Shown here in pieces: positions 27,091-39,040 of a DNA stretch of 64,000 bases; positions within the stretch are counted from its first letter, which is position 1, and each line of letters opens with the position of its first letter. Source of the DNA: Balanoglossus misakiensis (taxonomy: Eukaryota; Animalia; Hemichordata); contig CM082586.2 of assembly GCA_040954595.2 (NCBI GenBank), positions 3,826,349 through 3,890,348 of the forward strand. The letters are read 5' to 3'. Below the pieces are notes generated by a model, which saw nothing but the letters and a program-made list of their open reading frames with translations, made no database searches and had not been told where the DNA came from. Both the position numbers and the translations under genes were made by a program.

Positions 27091-27799
27091 TCACATTATT
27101 CGGCACTTGGGCGCATCGAACTCGAATCTCGACGGAATGGACGCGAGGCTGGACGTCGACGATGTGGACTCCCGCGAGAGTGCCCGCTCTATTTTCTTCA
27201 TCGTATTCAAAGATGCCGCCGTTTTCGCGTCCTTCTCGTTTGATTTGATGCCATAGCGATTCCGCATCTCGTTGCGCAGTCGGGCCCTCTCTGCGTTGCG
27301 CACGTGCTTCTGCGACGTCGATTGTACACTGAAAAGTGAACACACACCAGATTCTATGTTATAAAGGAAATTACACAAGGAAAATAGTTCCTCGGATTGT
27401 CTGACCAGGGTGTGATATTATTTTTAAAGGAAAAATGAAAGTGTAATGATATTTTGCCATTGGTGACAAATGAATTCTAGTCCGGACTTGAATCCAACTT
27501 TCAAACATAACAATGCGCATGTTGATTCAGCTCAGTACCAGAAACTCGCTCATTGCAAGCAAACACACGAAACGTATTAACAATCTTTATAAAGACAAAA
27601 TCACCAAGCGACTAGTGGACTTGTCTACCCCCAAAAAAGCAAAAACTCACCTTATCGCTGAGCGCTTTCTTTCGGCCTTCTCCCTTTCCTTCCTCGGTGT
27701 TGTTTGAACGAAACTCTCTTCGTCATCAAACGGCCATTCGATGCCCTCGAAAATCTGCGATACGCATCTGTTCAGTGTTCTCTTCACCTGGGCAGTCAT
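27091..27799 (-). CDS. Complexin-like protein (128 aa) with C-terminal CAAX motif
   Basis: Exons 27799-27651 and 27328-27091, joined in phase 2. NAERARLRNEMRNRYGIKSNEKD resembles the complexin SNARE-binding central helix. The protein ends in CRIM-stop, like prenylated complexin 3/4. Confidence 0.72.
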
Positions 27800-28120
27800 G
27801 GTTACTCGGGATGTTGCCTGAATGATGCTGTTTCGACTTCGAGACGATGGTAAATGACAGCGACACTAGGCAATCTCGGCTTTATAGCTTCACCCCAACC
27901 CCCGGTCGCATGGAGGGGTGTTCAATAATCAGTATCCAGTTGGGCGGGGCCTCAGTGAAGCACTTTGGTGAACCGAATCGGAGGATTGACATATGGAGAC
28001 ACTCAAAACTCCATTGGAAAACAACTTGTGTAATGCGTAAAGCTGCAGGTTTAGAAAATAAAGAAAAATATTTTTGTTATTGAAATATCCTCTTTCTGAT
28101 ACTGTAAGGCAAAAACTGCA

Positions 28121-28452
28121 TTAAAGGGACAAAGTCTCTCTCTCGCTGCCCCTTTTCCATTAATTATGTTTGATATAAGACACCGTTTATATGGATATAC
28201 ATGTATAGTGAATCAACGTTCAACCACACAAACCTTCCATCCCGCTTGTAGACACGAGTGAGAGTGAAAAAAACTCGCCAAAATGAGTAATCGGATCGGT
28301 CTCTACCATTTATTCATTTTGGGCGCGTTTTTTTTCTCTCATATCATACAAGCGGGATGGAAGTTGTGTGTGGTCGAACGTTGATTCACCATATATCCTC
28401 ATGTAGAATAATTCATGGAAAAAGGGTAGCGAGAGAGACTCTATCCCTTTAA
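28121..28452. mobile_element. Fold-back MITE flanked by TTAA, Kolobok-like termini
   Basis: TTAA-AGGGAC...ATCCCT-TTAA with long imperfect inverted arms (GTGAATCAACGTTC/GAACGTTGATTCAC; CTTCCATCCCGCTTGTA/TACAAGCGGGATGGAAG). A copy of the terminus lies at 40725-40750. Confidence 0.8.
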
Positions 28453-29524
28453 TAAAGTCAGATCGACTATTCCAAACTTTCATTCATTTGATTTGAATAG
28501 TAAATTTACTATGTTACTGAAAATTGACAGTTCATGTGCAAAAATTCAGGTTGCCTAATGCCTGTACTCGGCCGATAAGACGAAAAACGCATATAACCAT
28601 CTTACTTTTTTGGTCTTTTTCCATTGCAACTTTTCTGCTGTAATGTATTGGTTATGGTAGTTTGTATACTGTTATTGAATATATAACCCCTTTTCCTTTA
28701 AAAAATATCATGTCTGGCGCCCGGGGAGTAACTTTGGGCGCTGTCCGCCAAGGGCATGCTTGCAGTTGCCGTATTATATTTGGATCCTTGTCTACCGTAG
28801 GGCTACTTCTTGTGAAACACTAGACTATGGTCTCCTGGCAATCACTGCTTCTTGTTCAGGATTCAAACTGCCTGTATGTTGCCGTTAATACCCACCGTTT
28901 CCGCGCGCATACTACTTCACCGGATCATTCTGTATCCGTTGATTTCTCATCGAAAGTCAAGTATTTTTAATAGTATTTTGTTCAAGGTAACTTTAGACTA
29001 TTCTCTCTTAAAATTGAAAATAAACCAACTAACCAAATAAACTACAGACTACAATAATCTACTTTCAATTAGACTGATAAAGTTATATACAAAAACGAGG
29101 ACAATCTAATCTATAAAAAAATTCATAAATTTTAATCCGGGAGTGAAAGCAACTGTGCGGTACAGCATATACCCCGTCATATAATTTATACATCCGACTG
29201 TTTGCATAGTAGTTCAAACTATAGGGCCTATAATAATTTATCATATATTGGTTTATACTAGTATATCAAAGTGATATGCTAGTAGAAACCAATTGATTAG
29301 ACTGCATTTTCTTGGACCTTTTTCAGCTTGACCTTCCATCCAGTGTCCCAGAGATTGTATATTGCGCCCTCATTTGACCACATCATGAAAATTGAAAATT
29401 TCGTTTTCAACTAACTCAGTTCTGCAAAAATAGCTCACCAGTAATAGAATCGATTTCTCATTTTTTAAAGTTAGAGATCAACACCAAGTCGAAACTAATG
29501 TAACGTGGTTCTTGTTACCTAACA

Positions 29525-29630
29525 TAGTGAACACCTATTGCCTGGCCATTAGGGCCATAGCAGCCGTTTATTACCCCAGAGGGGCTGAGTTACTAGAATC
29601 ACATTCTATTTCCCGAGGCCTCGGGAAATA
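29525..29630 (+). repeat. Dispersed palindromic repeat, copy 1
   Basis: Near-identical to the reverse complement of 33325-33464. Ends in the palindrome TATTTCCCGAGGCCTCGGGAAATA. Confidence 0.88.
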
Positions 29631-30172
29631 TCTTTCGGACATCTAGCAGACGCCTTTTCCCTTCAAATTCGCACACGTAGTTGTTGCTGTATACGTTTTT
29701 CTCCCATAATTGCTTCAAGCAACCTGGTTTTCTAACCCAATGCATGAGACCACACCGTTTACTTTGCCAAGGGTCAAAGGTCGAACCGAACTGAATCATG
29801 GGTTGCGCTCATGCGCACACACGTCAGGTGCATTTTTCATCTCATTGTATATTTTGGTCGGAAAGGTGTGACATTTCGAAATTTTGGATGTTTTCCTGAA
29901 GAAGTAGCATCGTTCGCGGTATACATATATCTACCGGCAGTTTTGAACCTTGCGCGAGCAGTAAACACTCCATCAATCCGGAAATATTGCAAGGACACTG
30001 GTCACTTGTCAGGATGAGGTGTGTACGAAATCCGACAGCGATGCATCATGCATCAAATTAGTGATCGTTCAGCAGAATGAACCGGCCAAGGATTTGAGAT
30101 AAAATCGGAGTCAGCTCGTTTAATCTGCCGTACCGGCCAGTGGTAAAGATAGGGGCGCTAAAGTCCACCGTT

Positions 30173-33100
30173 ATGACCCAACAGGGACAGGGAATGGAAA
30201 GTTTCACCATGTCTGCTGAAGTTCCGGAAATAACCCCACTTGACAGCTACGATGCCTTCAAGGTATGTAAAATCCCATTTATCAATATCAATTTCTTCAT
30301 GTGCACATGATATATCATTGGAGAGGCTGTCTTCATTTTATTAGGTTTTTCTCAGGTTATCTTCAAACCTGACTTGTCTGTCTCCCACAGTGTTGATGAG
30401 TTTTGTTGACATTTAGGGAACACCCATATTAATCATAGCTATTTCATTTTTATCCCTGGGCTAAGTTTCAACACTTTATGCTGTTGACGTTTGACTATAT
30501 AACTGACAGTTGAATTATAGAAATGGTTTAAAAGAAACATCTTGTTCAATAAGTAGAATAAAACTGCAAGTTCTTGCTTCAGACAGACATCAATTTAGAT
30601 GCTGACACCCAAGTGATGTCATACATATCAAATACTTCCATTGCTTATAAGTGTAATGTGCAAGCATCTAGTGACTAAATCGCCCTCTGTCTGTCCCACC
30701 CTCTGATTTGTGTCACACAAAATACTAACAGAAGATAATGGGCTTTTCATGTACGTTGTATAGACTATTCAGTGACCCATTGCATGTGTCAATCTTCACG
30801 TCAGAAAGGGCCATATTAGTAGTACTACCCTTTTTATCAAACATAATAATTATTTTGACTATTTGTATACTCCAGTCAACATCCCTTAACTTCAGAATCA
30901 GGTCAGTGGTTATAGAAATAGTTTTTTTTGTTCTCAATGAAAAACTATAAATAAGGCAGGTGTCAGGATAATTGTTTACTCAAACCAATATGACACATTT
31001 ATATTGTATAAGGTAATATGTGACAAGAGTGCAGTAGTGGCTATTACAGATTATAAATTACACTGTTTGACATGAAGGATAAATGCTGGTAAAAATGCCA
31101 GTTTAACTCATTGTATGGTCTCTTCATTCATGAATGTGGCTCTAGTACTACACATTGTACGGTAAATCAAACATTGCCAAGTACTTTTGTTTGGGGGCTA
31201 AATGCATCACAGATGGTGATCGGGTTCATGGTTTCTGATGAATAGGCAGAAAGCAATGAGTACTAAAAGCACATTACAGCTTTGGTAATGGTATGCTTTT
31301 GAAGTCTAACAGGCCATCCATTGTGCCGTGTCTCAAATTTTGTTGGTGGTACTGTAATCTAGACAAGTGTGCTGCAATTACAGCCGGAAATATATTTTCT
31401 GCTGTAATCTCAGCTGAGACACGTCATGTTATGTCTACAGGTCAAGCAAGAATGTGATCAGCAATTTTTTTAAAAAAATACTTTATTACTAGAGCTGTCA
31501 AATTAGGTCACTGTGTACAGACAAAACAATGACCTCAGAGAATAGGTCAGAAATCAAACGTGTTAGACATGATTTCGGTTCCTGATATGTAGCCCTTAGC
31601 AAAACAGCTGGTAAAAGATAAATTTGGCGATAGTTTTCTGTAGTACTTGACAAAATAATAGTTTAGTTTGTGTTAGTTGTTTGTGTATGTTACTGTTAGT
31701 GCATAAACATCTCTAGTCAAGGGTTGAAATGAACAATGAAAATCAAGGGTCATCCCATTACTATGCATTGTTGGTTTCACATCAGGAAAACATATTAATG
31801 TTTACAACATGAACCAAAGAACATTGGTATATTGACAAATACTCAAACAATCATCATGTCACATATACAACATATTTACGGCATAACATCCCTGTTGAAC
31901 TCAGAAACTTGACACCCAGTGTAGAGATAGTTAGAAATTAAATAAAATAGATATATGACCTTAGTGAGGTTAAAGATCAACTATTATTATTAGAATTTCT
32001 GTGGTACGGGCTGTGTAATACTTGTATTCACCCTATGTGCCTCTTACTGATTTCCATAGAAGAAAATAGTCTATCATAATCAATATCATCACAGAACTAC
32101 AAGAGGGTCAGTGTCTTTGGGGTTGTAAGATTTTGTTGCCATTTATCTACGTTCATATGCCAAGTGAAAATTTAAAAAATGAAAATTTAAAAATGAAATT
32201 GATTGCCTTGGCTCACCATATTCTGTCAAGATTGTGTGCATTTTTCAATTTTAGCATATATTTATATTATAACAATGTGTGCAAATAGGCATGTTTTGTT
32301 ATCAAAAGAATGTGACAGTGATAATGAAACCTGAATTATATTTAGTGAGATTATCATGATTTATTTCAAAACAAAGATCATGGCAGGCAACCATTGTGTG
32401 ATACCATTGTTTATACACCACAGACCACTGTGTCATAACATTGTACATGTGTAATGACAGAGTGTACACATGTTTTACATTGTTTTCCCCTGAATGTCCC
32501 TGTATTAAAATTCACTCTTGTATGTGCATGGGAAAACCTAGAGCAAATAATATACACCACAAAAATGTGAAAATGTAATTTGATGTAACTGATAAACATA
32601 ACATAAAAATCCTCAATAGCAGGAATTATAGCAATTCGTTTTATGTTATAACAGGATGATGGATAACGGGCCTGTCACATTTACATGCAGGTGTTATCAA
32701 TCTATAACTTTAACGTTCTTTCAATATTAATTTACATGTATGATGTTTCCAACTGGTGTCAACGTTTGATTTATATATTCACACCCATTTCAATGTTTTT
32801 CATTTCTCTGTAGAATAAAGTGCACGCATGTATATACTGGTTGATACACAAAGCCTATCCCACTGGTGATATCCCGGAAGAATTCCGTTCTCCGTTTTAC
32901 ATTGATAGCCAGGTAAGTCAGTGGATCAATGTGATATACTGGAAAAAGGAAATTTTTCGCGAATTTTTTTTTCATAAGATGATAAGCATATCAATTATTC
33001 GAGTTCTGATGTATATTGTTCTGCCCATTATTGACTTGTATTTGTCTTTGTGTTGACTTCTTGCAGGGAACGGAACACGTGAAGCCATCGATAATAAACC

Positions 33101-36100
33101 AGTTAGTGTCTGCAGAGTTGTACTGCAGAGCCTGTAGTAACATTTTTGAAAATGTGGAATATCAGTGGCAAGGTCATTGGAGCGTCATTCAGATTCTGTC
33201 CAGGAAAGGGATTTATGTGGTGGATAGCAATGAAGAAGCTGTCACGGAGGGATTGCTTATACAAAATGCACCATTCAAAGCAGTAAGTGGGATTTGTAAA
33301 TTGTATAGGGGAGGTTTGTCGTGACTGTGAGTTACCAGAATCATATGCTATTTCCCTCGGCCTACAGCCTCGGGAAATAGCATGTGATTCTGGTAACTTA
33401 CAGCCCCTCGGGGGTAATAAACGGCTGCTATGGCCCTCATGGCCAGGCAATAGGTGTTCACTATCATATATTTGAAGTCTGTAAGAGTATGCGTCTTACT
33501 GTAGGTCCATGTAAGTTTTTTATTACCTGTGGTAATGTAGCTAGACTGAGAGAACCCCCAAGCTAAATAGCAAAAGTTCAGAAGTTAAATATGCATAAGT
33601 GTAGCACACAATTTGGATGGTATGTAGGGCGTCGTTGTATTTTAGGTGAGGTCAACCATTTAGTTAAAGGAACAGAAGGGGTCTATCAGTGATTTGTGGT
33701 GTTTTTTTCATGGCCATACGCTCCCCCAGGAGATGTTCTGGTTGTGGGATGATGACTGGCTGACCTTTGACCTCTTGACACTGAAAGACAATAGGGAAAT
33801 ATTTTTCTTCCTTTCTACAGAATGCTCACTTGGCATTGATTGAATGTATAATGATGGCGTATATTGGTGAAGTTATTACTGTACAGAGAGTTGTACAATG
33901 TGTCAGGTATGTTGTGTCATTCTTGCACTGTCATAATCTATGCTGCTATGTCCATCAATACATCTGTTGATAGCTGTTGGCTCTCCATTAAATTGAAAAA
34001 AAGTGCTCCAACCAATATAAGTTATTATAAAATATGATCCAACAAACTAAGACAAACTAATTATCCCAGTCCCCAGCTTTTCGTACGAATGGGGTTCGAC
34101 TGTATCTTTTAAAATTATAATTCAGCTGAATTTATCAATGGCTACATGTCATCCTAAATTCATTGTGTGTTTTATTACACAGGAGATTTGCAAGTTTTAA
34201 TGCATCCAGCGAGCTGCCAAACAATCCAGAAGATGCTCTCCTATTCTGGATCAACAAAGTGTGTGCAACAGTGAAAAGTCGATTAGAGAAAGAGCAACAA
34301 ATTCAACAACAGCAACTATTACAACTGCCAGTTGCTCAAGCACAACGGGTAGGTCCATGGCATATGTATGTCAGTCATCTTCTGTTGTACTGGAATGCTT
34401 TAACCCTTGTACCACCATGGTTTGTCCCAAACCATTGTTTCCTATGGTAATGTTGGACCCTTAAACAGGGAACGGGGGGTGAAAGGTATATATTCATTCA
34501 ATATTTGTGTAGTCTTCATTCATTCCAAAAAGTATGTGGATGTTTGGTGTAAACGTAATAAGCAGCCCTATGTTTAGACCATGGCATCACCAGAATTGTC
34601 CTCATGTGTACATAGCAGTTAGGTGTGACTGGTATGTTCCTTGCAATTATGTGTGAATTTTGCAAAATAAGTATGACATTAGTGGTAGTGTATTGCCGGC
34701 TTACTTTAAAATTCACTTTCTGAAAGTGGACATTTTTGCTTTGGCTGTGTGTGAGTTTAAAGGGTTGTTAATCTAAAAACTGAGTTTGCACTTGTGAATT
34801 TACAGATTGTACCCAAGGTAGTACCCCCTATACAAGTGATGCAGGATTTAATGAAGGACCTTGGCGATGGCTGTTGTATGGCCATTTTGTTACACTTTTA
34901 TTCACCCCAGTTGCTGCGTATCGAGGGTAAGTCTGTTGAATTTTCTGTCTTACTAATATGCTAGTAAAAATAACGATGTCAAATATACAAGATTTATGAA
35001 AATTGTGAGAATCACGCAAGAACTATGATGTCATTCTTCTACACTACGGCGGCCAAAGATATAAAAACAGATTGCAAAATAAAAACATTTCCCTACCTAC
35101 CCTATTTTTGAAAACTATGTAATCGGAACAGCACATATTTTTTTATTTGGCCTTAGGGTATGCACGACTTCATCAGACTATATGATAGTTAGACTGTGGC
35201 TGTTTGCAATTGCTGTTTGTAATTGATATGACATGCTTGCTAACCATCATAAAATGTCTGAAATGTCGTCATTGGCTATCAATTTCCATTCCAGATATCG
35301 CCATACATGAAAACATGTCTTTTGCCGATTCCATATTCAACCTTCAAGTTCTCAAGAGTTTTTGCTGTACATATATGTCTGGAATATATAACTTGTCCTA
35401 CGAAGATTTTCTCTACACACCGTTGTCGTTGAAGACGAATATACTGGTGTTTCTAGCTGAGCTGTTTTGGTTTTACGAGATGAAAAGGCCTGAGTGGGTG
35501 CAACCACAGGGACTTACAATGGAGGCACCAGTTAGTAGACAAGAAGGTAAAACCATATTATATATCAGCGTAATATACGGACTATGAATTCAGAAACTAT
35601 CTGTGGTAACAGTGATTGTGTTTAGTCACATAGATCAGCAGACTTTTTATATGTGATTTACAGGTCAAATTAAATCATCATCTTTTGATATAGTTGTTTC
35701 ATGTAAGAAAATCCGGTACTGTTATTGTTTACCATTATGACTATTTACAGAAAACATGAGCCTGAAAACATGGTTAATTAGAGCTACATGTATATCAACA
35801 AGAACACATGGGTCTTAAGTTCTTAACTAATAGATTTGACTGCCTTGTGTATCTGTGGATTGTGTATTGTATTCTACCATTATTATCATTACGTCATTTG
35901 AGAGACTGTGCTTTATTTTATGATTTGTCAAGTCGATCTGCTCTGACTCTCTTGTGTTGCAGTTCAAAAACCCCCGTCTGCTTCTCGCATGGGATTCACC
36001 AGAAGTCGGCCGGTATCCATAAGCAGCGCCACGAAGCGCAGTTTCCAGCCACCGACACCCACTGGTCCTCTGAAAGCCAGTCACAGCAATCCGGAAATCA

Positions 36101-38997
36101 ACAAACTGGTTGCACAAGCAAGGTCAGTGTACAGATGGATTACATTGTTATTACGGTATCTTACAGAGCGACGATCATCTTATGCGCATGTGCCAAACCA
36201 AACCAGAGACTCTGGTTACAAAATTTGTATACAGTCAATGCCCATGAGTGTGTTGTCCTGACGACGAGATGGCGGCAGTCATAGTCTGTATCGGAGATCG
36301 GGGATGGGTATAACATAGATAATAAAGTTAGTCAAGGCTAGAAATCATGGTCATTCACACTTAAAACACATGATCATTCCAAATTCAACCTCACATAATT
36401 TTATAGGTCATTAACATGTGGATTACCACATTAAAAATCCCACATCTCCATATACATAATATTTTAATAATAAATAACTCATAGTTTTCCTTACTAGATT
36501 GCCTTCGGTAAACAGATACCAGTACATGTGTATTTAGAAACTTAGGATCATAAGATGGTTGTAAATAATAATACTAGCATACATGCATGGATTTACACAA
36601 CTTTATAAATGATAGATTAGTAAGAGAACAGAAATCCATAACTTTCAAATTTCACTTAAAACCATAAAATTTGTTTAGTAATACTAAATGTTCAGCATGC
36701 ATGCATCTTGCATTATTTTTTTTTTTAATTTTAAAATAAATTTTCCCCCTGAACGCATCACTTATTTTTTTTTCTTGTTTGTGTTTTTGTTTTTGTTGTT
36801 GTTGTTAGTTGTCAAGTGTTGTTGCCACGTAGGGCTAGACATCACATACATGCCGGTAGTGTTCAAATGGACCAGCCACGACAAAACAAACAACTCAGAA
36901 GATTTAACTCTTTGGAAAATGTCCTTGTTAAAAATTCGACAATAGCCTGGCCAGAAGTCTCAGATACTTCCATATCTTTGGGGTAGGTAAAACTAGGCTA
37001 GAAAGTGATATGTTCACTCAATCAGATAAGATTTGTCAGTGATATAGGCAGTAATAGTTGGAATGAAAGAGTATTTTCAGTTAGGTGAGTGTTACTGTGT
37101 ATGATGGTCCTGTTCTGCATAGATGCTACCAGTAATACATGTACATGTATGTATGCATCCTAAGTTAGACACTGCCCATGGTTGTGTTGCATATTGTCTC
37201 TCTTCTGTTAAACCCATGAGTCAGCACAAAAGTGTGTAAAACAGACTTTTTAGGGTGGCTGACAGTCTCCTTGGAAACAGAAGAAAAAAACACTGGTATT
37301 GGTAATATTCTTTTCAAACTAACTTTTGTCTTGGAAAGTCTGTCCTTAATAGAGAGGTGTCCTTATTAGAGAGTTTTCTGTAACGACAGGTTTTGCGCCA
37401 CCGGTACATGAACAATAAAGAGGGGATATTTTTGTTTTGTTTTGTCCATTTCAGGAAAGGAGACAAGGAAAATGGGGTCAACGACCTGATGAAGAGCGAT
37501 GACAGTAAAGGGAGCAGTCTGTTGGCCAACGTGAGCATTGATAGTACGGCTGATGATGATGATGATGACTTGACAGAGTTGGAATTACAGAGTATAACGT
37601 CATCCGTGTCGCCCATGGCGACGCCGCGCACGCCCAAAACCCCGACCGAGAAAAGTAAACTGTTGCCCGCGGCGACGAAACCGAGGAAGGAGAGTACGCA
37701 GACGATCAAGAAGGAGGAAGAGAGAGGTGAGATTCTGTATAAGAAATCGCCAAGCACGGAGAGATTGAGTAGTAAGAACGGGGATGTAGTTGACAGGACT
37801 GATGCAGATTCCATCGGGGACAGTTCGCCGGATAGTATTCCGGACTCGATAATTATGGAGAGTAGACCGAGGAAGACGAAGCACGGCGAGGCGTTCTTCA
37901 TCGACACCTCGCCGACGGAGCTCGAACCGTCCGCGGTGACCACCAGCTATACGATAAGCGACAAGCCCCTGACCGCGGAAGGTGCTCTTGCAGCCGGGAT
38001 TCCCATCGTGTCCGGGGATTTCCGGTCGGGCGGTGGCCCCAAACAGGATCCGGGATTGGAAAGTGGTCGTGCGGAGTACGGTGTTCGAAGCTCTGGTGGG
38101 TATGGCCAGGGAAGGTTGACCGCCAGGACGGAGACCAAGCAGTCGGCATCGGACGGGACCGGTTCAGGTAGAGATGAGACGACGGCAGACGTAGAGATTG
38201 CGAGCGACCGAGACAGAGAGTTACACAAATTACACAACGACCAGACAGATCGCGAGGACACCAAGAAACTCTTCTTGGCTCAGTTCGGACAAGCTATGCA
38301 ACAACGACAACAGGTGCAGACGCCCCCGGGACACGATATGCAACAGTTAGGCCGGCAGGGTTTTGCTAGACAGGACAGGAAACAACCTCGCACAGCATGC
38401 AGTGAGGGTCGCACCGACACCGCACACACTAACCACACGCACCCGGCCGACAACCGAACAACTCACTCGACGCCGGGCAATGTTGCGTTAACAGACGACC
38501 CCTCTGCTAATCCAACATTGAACCACGGCGGCCACCTGACCACCTGGGTTCAACACACCCAACACCACCATCCTAATAACCACACAGGTAGCAAGGCGGA
38601 GACCGGCGCGGCGTCGCCCGTCACCGGCGAGCTGATGCAGATCCGGATGAAGCTGGAGGAGAAGCGGCGACTCATCGAGGCCGACAAGAAACTGATGGAG
38701 AGATCGCGAACCAAACACCGGCAGAGGATGGGCAAAGCCGCCTTCTTGCAGGTCGTGGGCAAAAAAGAACCTCCCGTCACGACAAACGAAATGGAGAGCC
38801 GGGCAAAGGCCACTCCGAGACAGCAGCCGGCACAGGAGGATTATTACAACTCGTCCTTTGAAAAAATTAACGCTAATTTGACTCAGCTTCAAGGGGAGTT
38901 GCTGCGACTGTCTCAGCAACAAGAACAGTTAAGGCTATCACAACAGCAGGAACAGACACCCAGAGATGTTGTGCAACCAACTGCAAGACCTCACCAG

Positions 38998-39040
<43 letters not shown>

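Noticed and set aside
31230-31260. CTGATGA...GAAA hammerhead-like core (also CTGATGA near 4554)
   Set aside because: I could not build stems I-III or find an NUH cleavage site.
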